From: Armatimonadota bacterium
GTDB lineage: Bacteria > Armatimonadota > HRBIN16
Reading direction: 5' to 3'
Assembly (NCBI GenBank): GCA_963677485.1
Contig: OY781964.1
Coordinates: forward strand, 3,136,001-3,200,000
DNA length: 64,000 bases
Under the pieces are notes generated by a model. The model saw only the letters and a program-made list of their open reading frames with translations. It was not told the origin of the DNA and did not search any database. The translations under genes and the position numbers were made by a program. Positions 38,892 to 50,265 of this stretch are shown piece after piece (position 1 is the stretch's first letter; each line of letters begins with the position of its first letter).

Positions 38892-40877
38892 TTAATCCCC
38901 ACCCTCCAGCCAGGCCATCTGCTGACTGCTCAGACGCAGCCTCAGCGCCGCCAGTGACTCGTGCAATTGTCGGCTGCTGCTGGCACCGATCAGTGGCATC
39001 ATGGGGAACGGCCGTTGCAGACTCCAGGCCAGACCTACTGCTCCTGGGGTGACATCTAACTCCGCAGCCAGGCTCTCTACCCTCTTCTTCATCGCGCGGT
39101 TGGCCGCGTTGTTCCAGGTGTCGAGGAAATCCGGGTTCGCGAGCAGGCTGTCTGGCCGGTCGAAGAAGCCCCGAGCCTGTGCACTCCAGGCCACCAACGG
39201 CATCTGCCGGTCTGTGAACCAGGCGATCGATTCTTCATCATTGGCCCCAAGGCAGCCCATGCCGATGGGCTTGGCAAGCGGTGCCAGGCTGAAGTGGTTA
39301 CTCACCGCCACAATCGGGCGCAGACCGTGCTTCTGGCAATATTCGTTGGCTTCATCCACACGCTCCAGCGTCCAGTTACTCACGCCAAACGCCCGGATAC
39401 GCCCCTCATCGATGTGCTTATTGAGCGCCTCCATGAAGGCTGACACCGGGTAGTCCAAGTTGTCGCGGTGCATCATATAGAGATCGATGTAGCTGGTCTG
39501 CAGCCGTTCCAGACTCTCCAGTATCTGCGCGCCCATATCTTCAGGGTTGGTCCAGGGAGTATGCGCGCCTTTGCCCAGAATGCAAACCTGCTCGCGGATG
39601 CCGCGCATTTTTATCCACTGACCCAGCACCTGTTCACTCAAACCGTTCTGGTAGATGTGCGCGGTGTCATACAGGTTACCGCCATTTCGGAAGAAGGTGT
39701 CGTAGATCACCGCCATGCCGGGCAGGGGCAGCAGCCCGTAGCGCACATCGGTGCCCAATGCGATTTGGCTGACCGGTAACGGCAACCCTGGAATCTTCAT
39801 GTATGGCATCTTATGGTGGGGATTTCGGGTTAACGGCTCGCGGTCTGACGTTGGCCAGTCCGCGGTCATGCCTTCGTGCGGGTACAGCAGCCCGATCTGA
39901 TGCCGCCACATGTCCAAGGCGCGCAGGTTGCTCAAGGTATCGGCATTGGAAGGTGCCTGGCTCTCGTCGGTATCGCCAGCAATCCGGCGGGCCATCACCT
40001 CGGCCTCCAGCGTGTATGCGTTTAGCCCCTGAGGCACCGGCTGTGGAATGACATTCCCGTCGGCGTGTATTAGCTCAAAATGCGGGTAGCTGCAGAACCA
40101 GGGCGTGATGACGCGAATCTTACCCTTACTGCCACAGACGACCACCTCGTTTGGCAACTGCACATTCACTGCACAGCTCAACTCGGCCGTGATGCCATTC
40201 GGGAAGGAGGCTACGGCGCAGCTCCACTCGTCGGTGCCGGCATGGCCGATATGCCCCACGGCCTTCAGCTCCAACGGGTCGGCATAAGGCTGACCTATCG
40301 CTGCACCAGCAACCAACCTGGCCATGCTCATCGCATAACAGCCTACATCCAGAATGCCGCCACCGCCTAACTCTGCTGCGAGTAATCGGCTGTTCTCATC
40401 ACCGTTGCACTGAAAGCCGAAACTCGAGAAGATGAGCCGAACCTCACCGATGGCACCCGACTTGATCAGCTCCACCACCTGAGCGGTCTGCGGATGGCAG
40501 CGATACATGAACGCCTCCATCAGCACAACACCGGCTAGACGCGCTTCCTCCACCATTTCCTGCGCTTCCGGCAGGTTGATGCTGAGCGGCTTCTCGCACA
40601 GCACATGCTTGCCAGCCCTGGCTGCTTTGATGGCCCATTCGGCGTGCATCGGATGCGGTGTCGCGACATAGACAGCATCGACATCAGGGTCATTCAGAAT
40701 CGACTGATACCCTGCGCAGGGCTTTGCATCTGGATATTCCGTTACAAACCGATCAGCCGCTTCCTGTGTACGGCTGGCAACAGCGACCAGTGATCCAGAT
40801 TCGGTCAGGGTCAGCGATCTGGCAAACTGCTTAGCAATGCTTCCGGTGCCGATAATTCCCCAGCGTATTGGTTTCAT
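38892..40877 (-). CDS. Gfo/Idh/MocA oxidoreductase fused to an aldo/keto reductase
   Basis: RWGIIGTG, LCEKPL, EAFMYRCHP; then DTAHIY, IDLYMMHRD, GVSNW. Confidence 0.9.
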   Translation of the reverse strand: MKPIRWGIIGTGSIAKQFARSLTLTESGSLVAVASRTQEAADRFVTEYPDAKPCAGYQSILNDPDVDAVYVATPHPMHAEWAIKAARAGKHVLCEKPLSINLPEAQEMVEEARLAGVVLMEAFMYRCHPQTAQVVELIKSGAIGEVRLIFSSFGFQCNGDENSRLLAAELGGGGILDVGCYAMSMARLVAGAAIGQPYADPLELKAVGHIGHAGTDEWSCAVASFPNGITAELSCAVNVQLPNEVVVCGSKGKIRVITPWFCSYPHFELIHADGNVIPQPVPQGLNAYTLEAEVMARRIAGDTDESQAPSNADTLSNLRALDMWRHQIGLLYPHEGMTADWPTSDREPLTRNPHHKMPYMKIPGLPLPVSQIALGTDVRYGLLPLPGMAVIYDTFFRNGGNLYDTAHIYQNGLSEQVLGQWIKMRGIREQVCILGKGAHTPWTNPEDMGAQILESLERLQTSYIDLYMMHRDNLDYPVSAFMEALNKHIDEGRIRAFGVSNWTLERVDEANEYCQKHGLRPIVAVSNHFSLAPLAKPIGMGCLGANDEESIAWFTDRQMPLVAWSAQARGFFDRPDSLLANPDFLDTWNNAANRAMKKRVESLAAELDVTPGAVGLAWSLQRPFPMMPLIGASSSRQLHESLAALRLRLSSQQMAWLEGGD

Positions 40878-40924
40878 CTGTTTCTCCTGAGATTGTTGGT
40901 TCTTTACCATATCATAACCGAAGA

Positions 40925-40958
40925 AAGCGGATCAGCCCAAATGGTTGATCCGCCTTTC
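40925..40958. terminator. Stem-loop, probable terminator
   Basis: GCGGATCAGCC-CAAAT-GGTTGATCCGC with A/T-rich flanks, between two co-directional genes. Confidence 0.5.
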
Positions 40959-41006
40959 TTCATGTGTGTCTTATTCGGTGAGTGTTTTCCGAAAACTCCA
41001 CACGCC

Positions 41007-41948
41007 TTACAGCTTGTTGCCGCGGGCTCCCTCACCACCAGCATTGTTGTTTCGCTGTTGACCTCCACCGCCCCGCGGGCCGCCCATTCCGGGGCCTCGA
41101 CCAGGCCCGCCCATGCGGATGCCGAGGTCTTTGGCAGTCTGGCGGTCGGTCCGGAAGGTGTTGCCCAGATTAGAGCGTTCTTCAGGGGTCATGTTACGGA
41201 AGCTTCCCATTAGCCCGCTGAAGAATTGTACACGCGTCTTGCTGTCCAAACTCACCATGGCATTCACGATGGATTTGCCCGCTGCAACCCTCTCGTCGGC
41301 ACTCATGTTGCCCAGGGAACTCATCAGCGATGCCGCGGCAGTGCCCACTAACTGGGGGCTAGCCTGACCGGCGTTGGTGCTGTTCATCTCAGAGACAACC
41401 TGGTTCAAGTCCTGCACCGTCGTGGGGTTAGTAAATATAACGTAGATAGGCCTTGCTTGGAAGGCTGGCGTCATCCTGGGCAGTTGAGCCTGATATCCCA
41501 CAGGAACATCGGCACCTTTGACGTAAGACGTGATTTTGGTGCCGCTCTCCTCTTGCATCATGATACCGCTGGCTTCCATGGTCATCATGGCACGTACCAT
41601 CGCCACCAGTTTCGGTGCATCAGGTATAGCCATCTTGTCGCGGAGATAAATCTTGCGCCATTTGACGTTCTCTAGCGGCTTCAGGGTAGTGGTCAAGGCC
41701 TCTTCGAAAGTCTTCGAGTCCATCGCAGGCTTAACGACGGCCTTCAGTTGAGGATCGAGCTTGATCGTGGCATTGAACTGCGATGCCATTTCGGTCAAGG
41801 CGGCGTTGATCTCTCGAACGTTAGTGACAGCCGGTGCAGCTTCAGTTGCTGCAGGGGCCGCAGGTGTAGCCGGAGCCTGCTGAGCAATGCCCGCCAGGGG
41901 CAGCATTACCATCAGAGCGGCAGGTAGTAGGAATCTGGTAGCTTTCAT
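41007..41948 (-). CDS. Secreted hypothetical protein with Ala/Pro-rich linker and Gly-rich tail
   Basis: Signal peptide, GGAGG RBS. Confidence 0.75.
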   Translation of the reverse strand: MKATRFLLPAALMVMLPLAGIAQQAPATPAAPAATEAAPAVTNVREINAALTEMASQFNATIKLDPQLKAVVKPAMDSKTFEEALTTTLKPLENVKWRKIYLRDKMAIPDAPKLVAMVRAMMTMEASGIMMQEESGTKITSYVKGADVPVGYQAQLPRMTPAFQARPIYVIFTNPTTVQDLNQVVSEMNSTNAGQASPQLVGTAAASLMSSLGNMSADERVAAGKSIVNAMVSLDSKTRVQFFSGLMGSFRNMTPEERSNLGNTFRTDRQTAKDLGIRMGGPGRGPGMGGPRGGGGQQRNNNAGGEGARGNKL

Positions 41949-42030
41949 GATGTCCCTCCCAAGGTGGTCAAGAAATTTGATGTATTTGCTAATTATTACA
42001 TTATTTGAAGGTAGATTGCTCTTCTACGCG

Positions 42031-44459
42031 CTATCTAGAGCTGGTACCCTCAAAGACGGTGACGCTGTGTTTTGGGAAACGATATTTGAATTCGCCGTTT
42101 TTGATATTTATCTGGTTATATACCGGCACGACTTGCCTGGGTTGTGCCAGGTTGTTCAGTGCTTCTACACTCTCTGATGCGATGGTCGTGATTTTAAGGT
42201 TACTGATACCTGTCAGTCCTCTTACAGTGGCCATCTCATCCGCCTTGTCGCTTCGATTGACTACCTTCAGCACAATACGCCCCTTGGCACTATCCGCAGT
42301 GGCCACCACTGAGAGTACGCCATACCGTCTACCGTTCTCCTCAAAGGCACTGCACTCGAAGTCCGATTTGACAAGCTCCGGTGCATACGCCTTTCGGAAA
42401 CTCTGGCACACCCAGTATAGCGGTGATACGAAATTGCTCTGCTTATCGAAGTTTATCAAGGCGTTATTCCACGCGGATGCATCCACGTTCCGCAGCCATA
42501 AAGCGGGGCACGCCAGCGCAACCTGTTCACCCGCCAGTTCGCTATTCACTAACATCGAAGCACCAGAGAGCGCACCCGCCATATCCACGTTGCCGTTGTT
42601 CCACTCGGTGATGGCCAGCCGTACCTTAGGGTGACCATTCTGGCGCAATTCCTGTAGCGACGTCAGCAACCCGGAAACATAGTCGTCAGCATATGCCATC
42701 TGCTGCTTCCACGTTCCACCCCAATAAGTGTGACATGATAACAAGCCCAATGGTTCATCGACCGCATCAGCTACTTTGCGGTTCCAATCAACAGTCAGTC
42801 CAGCCGATCCGCATGTTAATAACTGCAGGTCCGGGTACTTGGCATGGATCGCCTTTTTGAAGGCATTAACAGCCTCGGAGTATTTCGCGTCACCCATTGG
42901 CCAGGTTTCATTGCCAATCTCCCAGTATTTCACCTTGTATGGTTTAGGGTGCCCATTTGTTGCCCGCCGTTTGCCATATGGACTGGTGATCGGCCCGTTG
43001 CAATACTCAATCCAGTCGAGGGCTTCTTTAATGTAAAGGCTTTGGCTTTGCGGGGGATCATGATGACCGATGTTCAGGCACAGCAACGGCTCGGAGCCTA
43101 ACGCCTGACAAAGCTGCATCAACTCATCGGTGCCGAATCCGTTGGGATCCAGGCCACCCCACATATAGTTTGGTTTGGTCACACGCTGATGCTGAGGGCC
43201 AATTCCGTCTTTCCAGCGATAATATTCGGCGAAACATCCGCCTGGCCAGCGTATAAATGATGGCTGTAAGGCCTTGATGCGTTCGTAGAGGTCGGCTCTG
43301 ACCGGTAGTCCCTTGGCCGCATCCATGGGCATCAGTCTCACCTGGTCAATCCAGCATCGGCTGTTGCCGGATATTTTGATGATAAATCTCGCATCTCCGC
43401 TCTGTTTTGCCACCAGTGTGATGGGGTACTGAGTCCATTTTGGGCCGAGTATCGGCAGCCGCTGCACGCTGCTGCCGCCGCCACAGGTTAACAGAACCTG
43501 CACACTCATACCCGGCAGCGACTTCAACCACACCGAGCCGCTGTATTTCTGGCCCTGTTTTACATTCACTGGCTGTGATATGCTGACCCAGCTACTTTAC
43601 AGGTATCAACCTCACAACTCCGGCTGCCGTTCAGCTTTTCGGAGCTCAAGCCGACATAACTCACATCTACACTTTTAGCGATGCTCCAGACAGATGAAAG
43701 ACCGACTGTGCGTGTGGTCTTCAGGTCCGGAGCCATCATCAGCCGGCCATCAGGAGCCGTCACACGCAGATTTCGTGTCTTGACCCGCGTGGCAAAGACA
43801 CCTATCCCAACCTTACCCGCGGTGTGAGTGGAATTCTGCATCTGCCCAGCTTGAACTCCATCAAGGTAGAAGCTAAATTGGCTTCCGCGGCAGGATATCT
43901 TCACCTTATACCACTGGCCTGTGGCCACCGTCTTGCCGACGCTATCAAACTCCTTCACAACCTGCTTCACGCCTTTATCGTTGCACTCAACGGCACTTCT
44001 CAGGTTGCCCCACCCGCCGATATTCCACCAGTAGAAGTTGTCACGATTTGTGTATGTGAAGGGGATGAGGATGCCCTCAGCACCGCCCTCTTTTTGAAAC
44101 TCGAAGGTGTAGTCATAGTCCTGCCAACCCGCATCGCCAAACACAGAGATGCCGGGGGTATCACTGGTTTCGTTGCTCAATACGCCATCCGCCGCCACCC
44201 AGCTTCCGATGACAGAATCGATATCTGCGTTCACTTGTCCTCGAGGCATCATCTCAAAGCTGCGATCCTGCACCATTTCGGCCCATAGACCACCCACGAC
44301 TGAGCTGTAGATATGCTCAAGAAACTGCCCATAGAGCATCGGCGACAATTTACCTATCTGTTCGTCAGGATAGACCGTGATTTTCGCGCAATGACCCTTC
44401 ACACTGAATATGAGAATCATGACAATGCTCAATGCGGACGCGAACCATATAGTGGCCAT
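42031..44459 (-). pseudogene. GH51 alpha-L-arabinofuranosidase split by a 1-nt frameshift near 43588
   Basis: N-terminal part LYGQFLEH..GGLWAEM; C-terminal part IRWPGGCFA, WEIGNE, ITEWN; frames join as AG(V)SISQPVNVK. Confidence 0.75.
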
Positions 44460-44704
44460 CTTCACCCTCTTGATGTTGAATTCGCTGAATACCAGCTTCA
44501 TTTTACAGGGCAATATCACTAATATGGTTGCTTCCATACGGGCAACCAACAGCTACAAATATCGATGGGTTGATCGGCCAATCTGGTTCGGGCAGATGCA
44601 TAAAAAGGGGTGAAGCCACTGATGATGCAGGTTCGGCGAGGGGTGGGACGCGAAGCAGATGACCGGCGCGGAGGCTTGCCCCGCGCCGGTCAGTGATTGT
44701 TTGG

Positions 44705-47230
44705 TTACATCCGCTTGATGCTGTACCAGGCGGTGCCGGGCATCTGCTTGATGTTCACAGGCAGACCTACGCCCATTAACACCTTGCCAGACTTGCGGAT
44801 CACGCGCCCTGTATCCACATTGCGGACAGCATATTGTGCCTCAGGCTCAAGCCCTTGGAGCTGCATGTTTGCGCTGATGTATGGTGACTGGCTGCGGCGG
44901 AATATCTGCACCAGGCCAGTGCCCTTCTCCGGGCTGTAGAATTGCCAGCCCATCCAGTCGCCCGAAGACAGCGAGTAGTTGGTGAGAGGGTAGTAGTCGC
45001 CCAGCATCTCACCGGCGACTTCACGCCACTGAGCCAACAGCTTGGCGATCATCTTCTTGTCGGTCTGCTCACTGCGGATGTCCCAGCAGCCAATGATATT
45101 CAAGGTCATCATACTGCGGATGCTGTAAGCGTCAGGTGATTTGGTACCTGTACCGAAGTATGGCAGCCACAGAGCCAGTCCGTATGTGTGCGCCTGCTGG
45201 GAGTTTGGCTCGAATAGGAAGTCGCTGCGAAGCAGTGGGACGGCCCGCCGCATCGTCTCCAGGTCATTTCGGTGACCACCCGAGGCGCATGAATCGATCC
45301 ACATCTTGGGATTGCGTCGGCGGAGCTCATCCCAATAAGCCAGGTAGCCTGTGACGTAGTGGTTCTCGGTGATGCCTTGCCGGTCGGCTGCGTCGTTACC
45401 ACGCCAGAAGCCCAGCGGCCCCACGTTGTAGTCCTGCCGGTAGAGGTCGATGCCCTCGCTCTTGATCAATCCGTCAATGTGGTTGGTCAGCCAGTTCCAG
45501 GCCTCTGGATTGCCCAGGTTGAACAACTGCGTCTGGGATTTAGACGGATGGCCATCGGTGGTTGGGTTAGGTGTGAGAAGCCACTCAGGATGATTGTCGG
45601 TCAGCCATGTGTCTTGATAAACACGCTCTGGTTCAAACCAGACGATGATCTTGACGCCTTTGGGGTGCGCATAGTCACTCACGGCGCGAAGTCCGTTGGG
45701 GAAGCGCTTCTTGTCGACCTCCCAGGTGCCTGTCTTGGGCCAGTTGCCATCGCAGGGATACCAGCCGGCGTCCATCCACCAGTAATCGGGCTTCATGCCA
45801 GCCTTGATGTAGCCGTCGATGAACAGCTTCTGGCTGGCCTCATCGGCTTGGGTCATCTCCGCAAATTGGTGGGAGCTGCAGGGCGTGAACTGCGGTGTGG
45901 GCAGCTTGCCTTCCACACGCGGCAGGTTGTGATCCAGCATCCAGCGGCGCCACAGGTTCTGCGAACGCAGCCATTCGCCGCGGTAGAACAGCATGGCGAT
46001 GAGTGGTGTGCGCACCGATTCGCCCGGCTGCAGCTTCAGGTGCGTGAGCTGTTGACCAGCGGTGATCTGCACCGCTCCGTCCTCACCACGCGTGAAGTCA
46101 GCTTGCCACTGACCAGGCCATCCGATGGCGAGTATGACGCCCCCTGATGAACTGTTGAGGTTGTAATACGGCCAAGCGGCGGCACAGGGACGGCCATCGG
46201 TCGGGGCATAGGTCTGTTTTGTACCCTTGGCCAGCGGGTTGACGATGGGCTGGAAGTCGGTGGCCTGCACCGTGGTGCCAGGTGTGCTGTGGACGGAGAC
46301 GGGAGCTGCTCCAAACCCACCCACAGGCAGGTTGATCGCCTGAATGTTTTCCAGGATGCCCGTGTCGCTGCTTCCGTCGTTGCGGAATTTGATCACCCAC
46401 TCAATGGCTGGGTAGTCAGTGTAACTGATACCCTCACACAGCACCCTCAAGCCGCTGTTCGGGTCAGCATACTCCACCGTGTGCTGGGTGCGCTGGCTGT
46501 CCAGCTTTTTGGTGCCACGTTTGGCCGGCCAAACCGCCAGAAGCTCCGATGAAGGCTTACCATTATATATAAAGGAGAACGGCGGTTCCGTGGTCATAAT
46601 CTGCTGCTGGTCATCCATTGGGATTTCGCCCAGCCAGATGGTCTGACCATCGGCCATCACGACCTTCGCGTCCGCCCAGTCGGCCTGGTCGCACGCGATG
46701 CCATCGCCACCGTCATCTACATCAAGGACGAAATCTGTAGCACCGTTCAGAGCAACACTCACAGGCAGGCCAGGCATACCTTCGCGCATGAGCGGGGACG
46801 AGTAGAGCTGCTTCTCTCCCACCGAGACGACGAAGTGGACAGAGCCTTTCACCGGCAGGGTCTGCTCGTTGCTGTCCACACCTACCACTGCGTTGAATGA
46901 TTTGGCGGGCTTGCCGAGGTATATAATCACCCTGCTGACGGCATGGCAGTATAGTCCTTTGGTGTATTTCACACCGCTCAGGTTCAGTGGCTTCCCGTGA
47001 CGACCGTTGAGCTGCACCGGGTCATTGTTTCGGATGACCTGGATGTGGGGCTGCACAGTTTTGACCGGCATCTGGCCCATCAACTTGGTCTGCGCCCATG
47101 TTTGTGCGATGTCCTGCTCTGCAGCAGTGGGCCGAATCCCTGGCTGTGCACTGGCCTGTTTTGGGATCATGCTCAGCAGCAATGGTAAGGCGAAGCATAC
47201 GATAAGCGTCTTCATTAGGATTAGTTCCAT
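44705..47230 (-). CDS. Secreted alpha-galactosidase (GH36-like) with NPCBM domain; paralog of 4560-7055
   Basis: GLYCHA, DQADWADA, WWMDAGWY, WFEPE, IDSCASGGHRND. Confidence 0.85.
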   Translation of the reverse strand: MELILMKTLIVCFALPLLLSMIPKQASAQPGIRPTAAEQDIAQTWAQTKLMGQMPVKTVQPHIQVIRNNDPVQLNGRHGKPLNLSGVKYTKGLYCHAVSRVIIYLGKPAKSFNAVVGVDSNEQTLPVKGSVHFVVSVGEKQLYSSPLMREGMPGLPVSVALNGATDFVLDVDDGGDGIACDQADWADAKVVMADGQTIWLGEIPMDDQQQIMTTEPPFSFIYNGKPSSELLAVWPAKRGTKKLDSQRTQHTVEYADPNSGLRVLCEGISYTDYPAIEWVIKFRNDGSSDTGILENIQAINLPVGGFGAAPVSVHSTPGTTVQATDFQPIVNPLAKGTKQTYAPTDGRPCAAAWPYYNLNSSSGGVILAIGWPGQWQADFTRGEDGAVQITAGQQLTHLKLQPGESVRTPLIAMLFYRGEWLRSQNLWRRWMLDHNLPRVEGKLPTPQFTPCSSHQFAEMTQADEASQKLFIDGYIKAGMKPDYWWMDAGWYPCDGNWPKTGTWEVDKKRFPNGLRAVSDYAHPKGVKIIVWFEPERVYQDTWLTDNHPEWLLTPNPTTDGHPSKSQTQLFNLGNPEAWNWLTNHIDGLIKSEGIDLYRQDYNVGPLGFWRGNDAADRQGITENHYVTGYLAYWDELRRRNPKMWIDSCASGGHRNDLETMRRAVPLLRSDFLFEPNSQQAHTYGLALWLPYFGTGTKSPDAYSIRSMMTLNIIGCWDIRSEQTDKKMIAKLLAQWREVAGEMLGDYYPLTNYSLSSGDWMGWQFYSPEKGTGLVQIFRRSQSPYISANMQLQGLEPEAQYAVRNVDTGRVIRKSGKVLMGVGLPVNIKQMPGTAWYSIKRM

Positions 47231-47334
47231 GTTGTCTCCCCCTGTATCGGGTTTTATTACAAGCATTGTAGCACTAACAGACACCTATTGCGAACCGCGC
47301 GGAGGGAAAGGAAACATGAGAGCAGGGGACATCA

Positions 47335-47680
47335 CGCGAAGACGCGAAGGCGCGAAGGGCCCGTAGCGGGACGGAGTCGCCGATGGGCCACGGAACCCAT
47401 CGCCAAATGCCGGTAGTGTTGATCGAAGCCACCAGCCACGCTGCCGCGGGTTTAGTCACCCCACGGGACTGGCGTCCCTTAACGGTGTTCCCTCACCGCG
47501 CGTCTAGGCATCTGCAGCCCGCAAGCGGCGCAGGGTATTCTCCCCCGGCGCCCGCAGGAGCGAAGCGACGCGGGCAGCCATATGATCAGCGACGGGTGAT
47601 GGAGCCCCTTGGGGCGATGGAACCCGTCGACACGGAGCTGATCGCCCAAATCGAAGCAGCAAGCCCTACGCTGCCGAAGG
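47335..47680. repeat. Mosaic hairpin repeat locus R3 (reverse orientation)
   Basis: Reverse complements of the same modules seen in R1, R2 and R5. Confidence 0.85.
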
Positions 47681-47907
47681 TTCCTGCACCGCTCGGTTGA
47701 TCAGTCATTTCTCCCGCAAATCTCCATATAAAGGGGGTTTTGAAGCCCCAATATACCCAAAAATAAGATGCCATTAAAGGCGGATTGAACTGCGATTAAG
47801 CTGCGATCAAACTCGGCTAACAGCGCACGGACCCCCCTGTCTAAGATATTAGAAGCAAACAAAAAGAGTAGCTTCAGCGATACCCTACTCTAAAGGAGAG
47901 AACCAAA

Positions 47908-48780
47908 ATGAAAAACACGAATTTCGCTACCGCGGTGGGAATGACCACTCTTCTCTGTGCCGGAATCACCGTATCTGGCTATGCCCAGCAGGGTACAGGC
48001 GGCGCCGGCGGAGCTGGCGGACGCGGTCATGGTGGCCAGCAAATACCTGGCGGTATCGGTGCTCCAGCAGCTGCGATACTCAAAGCCGGACCAGAAGGAG
48101 TCTTCTCGCTTCGAGGCGGCAGCCTGGTCAAGCTCGACCCGGAGAGCCTGAAGCAAATCAAGTCTGTTGTGTTGGTAGAGACTGCTGGTAATCGTGAAGA
48201 CCGTATGGGTAACGGACCACGGTATAATCGCCCTGAGCCCGCCACCATCAGCTTCAGCAAGGGCAAAGTGCTGGTGGTGATTGGCGGCCAGTTCTTCAGC
48301 GTCGATGCGAACTCTATGAAGCTGATCGCTAAGGCAGGTTTCCAGGCACCCAAGCGCAAGATGCATAATGGTCAGCCAGGCATGGGCCCGCAGGGTCGCC
48401 CAGGTGGACCGCAGGATGACCAGCAGATGAACGGCCGTCGCGGCCCTGGTGGACCGCAGGATGATCAGCAGATGAACGGTCGCCGTGGCCCAGGCGGTCC
48501 TGAAGGCGAACAGATGAATGGCCGTCGCGGCCAGGGTGGACCGCAGGATGATCAGCAGATGAACGGCCGCCGCGGTCCTGGTGGACCTCAGGACGATCAG
48601 CAGATGAACGGTCGGCGTGGCCCTGGTGGACCGCAATGCCAGATGGCACCTGCTCCAGCAACGATTGAGGTTCAGGGACAGATTGCCTACATCACGGCTG
48701 GCCCACAGGCCATAGCTGTAGATATCAATAGCGGAAAGGTGCTGAGCACCAGTGAGCTCCCAGAGCCTGAAGATAGGTAA
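47908..48780 (+). CDS. Secreted protein with about five 15-aa repeats (GPGGPQDDQQMNGRR)
   Basis: Signal peptide; 45-nt tandem repeat at ~48400-48636; AAGGAG RBS. Confidence 0.8.
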   Translation: MKNTNFATAVGMTTLLCAGITVSGYAQQGTGGAGGAGGRGHGGQQIPGGIGAPAAAILKAGPEGVFSLRGGSLVKLDPESLKQIKSVVLVETAGNREDRMGNGPRYNRPEPATISFSKGKVLVVIGGQFFSVDANSMKLIAKAGFQAPKRKMHNGQPGMGPQGRPGGPQDDQQMNGRRGPGGPQDDQQMNGRRGPGGPEGEQMNGRRGQGGPQDDQQMNGRRGPGGPQDDQQMNGRRGPGGPQCQMAPAPATIEVQGQIAYITAGPQAIAVDINSGKVLSTSELPEPEDR

Positions 48781-48792
48781 CCCCGCATATAC

Positions 48793-48824
48793 AGGGGCAG
48801 ACGGAATCCCGTCTGCCCCTTTTT
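48793..48824 (+). terminator. Rho-independent terminator
   Basis: AGGGGCAGACGG-AATC-CCGTCTGCCCCT then a T-run. Confidence 0.8.
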
Positions 48825-48964
48825 CGTGTTGGGTCGCGTCTTGTTCGCTGCATCGAGTTACGCTTGACGATTCCTCTTACCCCAGCACCACCGCAGTTTC
48901 TACATGTAGATGCTATACTACTCTCAGATACGAATTCACGAAACCAGCAAGGAGTACTCACACT

Positions 48965-50200
48965 ATGTTCATCCTGGCAGCGGCCGTGGCCGCAGCAGCC
49001 ATCGCTAGTCACCCCTTCCCCGGAGCACCAAAGGTTGACCTCTATATACTCGCAGGCCAAAGTAACATGCAGGGATCGGGTAGGGTAACTCAACACCCGA
49101 AACCGGACGCCCGCTTGACGATGTTCAACATGGACAACACCTGGATGCCTTGTGTGCCCCCTGATCACCGCGTGTGGGAAGGCGCATTACCGGCCTATAA
49201 ACTGATCAGCATTAAGAAGAATCCCGGTGTGGACGAGGCCAGATACGCGCAGATGGGTACCGACAGCCGCAAGAGCCCCATCGGCGGCGTCGGCCCTGGC
49301 TATTTCTTCGGCCTGAAGCTGGCCCAAGTGCTGAACAAGCCGATCGGCCTCATTCCGTGCAGCTACGGTGGTACCACTATGGACGATTGGGACCCTGCTA
49401 GCATGGCCACCGAGGGTGATGGCAGCCTCTACGGAGCTATGATCACCCGAAGCAAAATGGTGGGGCTGAGTAACATCAAGGGCATCGTGTGGTACCAAGG
49501 CGAGAGCGACGCCTTTGGTCAGAAGGAAGCAGATGCATACCTGGCGAAGTTCAAGGTATTCGTGAACCGCGTCCGTCAGGACGTGGGGAACCCCAACTTG
49601 CCGGTGTTCATGGTCCAGATAGGACGGGTCTTTACCTACCAGACCAACCCCTCCGCCATCGTACCCTGGGACCAGGTGAGGGAACTTCAGCGACAGATGA
49701 TGACTGCCCTGCCCAATGTCTATATGGTAGCCGCCAGTGACTGTCATATGGATGATGTGATCCATCTGGACTGGGCCGGACAGCAGCGTTTAGGCAATCG
49801 CCTGGCGGAGTTGGCTTTGAACCATGTCTACCTGAAGCCAAACACGGGTGTGGGCATAGATCTATACCAGGTGACGCCGGTATTCATCAATAACATGCCG
49901 TGCATACGGGTGAGCTTTCGAAATGTGGTGGGCAAGTTGACTGCGGAAGGGCTCTGCACTGGGTTCAGCCTGCTTGATCCCAGCGGGCAGGTGCCCAGTG
50001 CTATGATCCTCGACGCCACTGTGGCCGCCGACGGACGATCGGTGGTATTGAAACTGACCAACCCGATTCAAAAGCCCGAGATGCTTTACTACGGGCAAGG
50101 GGTGTATAACCACATCAACCTGGTGGATAGCCGCGATATGCCTGTGCCTTGCTTTGGGCCAGTGCCTGTGAAACCCGACGATTTCAAAGCCGAGAAGTAG
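48965..50200 (+). CDS. Sialate O-acetylesterase / SASA (SGNH) family esterase
   Basis: AGQSNMQG, WYQGESD, DVIH; AAGGAG RBS. Confidence 0.88.
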   Translation: MFILAAAVAAAAIASHPFPGAPKVDLYILAGQSNMQGSGRVTQHPKPDARLTMFNMDNTWMPCVPPDHRVWEGALPAYKLISIKKNPGVDEARYAQMGTDSRKSPIGGVGPGYFFGLKLAQVLNKPIGLIPCSYGGTTMDDWDPASMATEGDGSLYGAMITRSKMVGLSNIKGIVWYQGESDAFGQKEADAYLAKFKVFVNRVRQDVGNPNLPVFMVQIGRVFTYQTNPSAIVPWDQVRELQRQMMTALPNVYMVAASDCHMDDVIHLDWAGQQRLGNRLAELALNHVYLKPNTGVGIDLYQVTPVFINNMPCIRVSFRNVVGKLTAEGLCTGFSLLDPSGQVPSAMILDATVAADGRSVVLKLTNPIQKPEMLYYGQGVYNHINLVDSRDMPVPCFGPVPVKPDDFKAEK

Positions 50201-50225
50201 GGACCTCACGTGCGATCGGAACGAG

Positions 50226-50253
50226 AGGGGCGTTCGGCGGACGCCCCTTTTTT
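50226..50253 (+). terminator. Rho-independent terminator
   Basis: AGGGGCGTTC-GGCG-GACGCCCC then a T-run, between convergent genes. Confidence 0.7.
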
Positions 50254-50265
50254 GCTGGTTGCCTG

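Noticed and set aside
47890-48636. Repetitive minus-strand ORF (VHLLIILRST)n
   Set aside because: Antisense to the repeat protein, which has the RBS, signal peptide and terminator.
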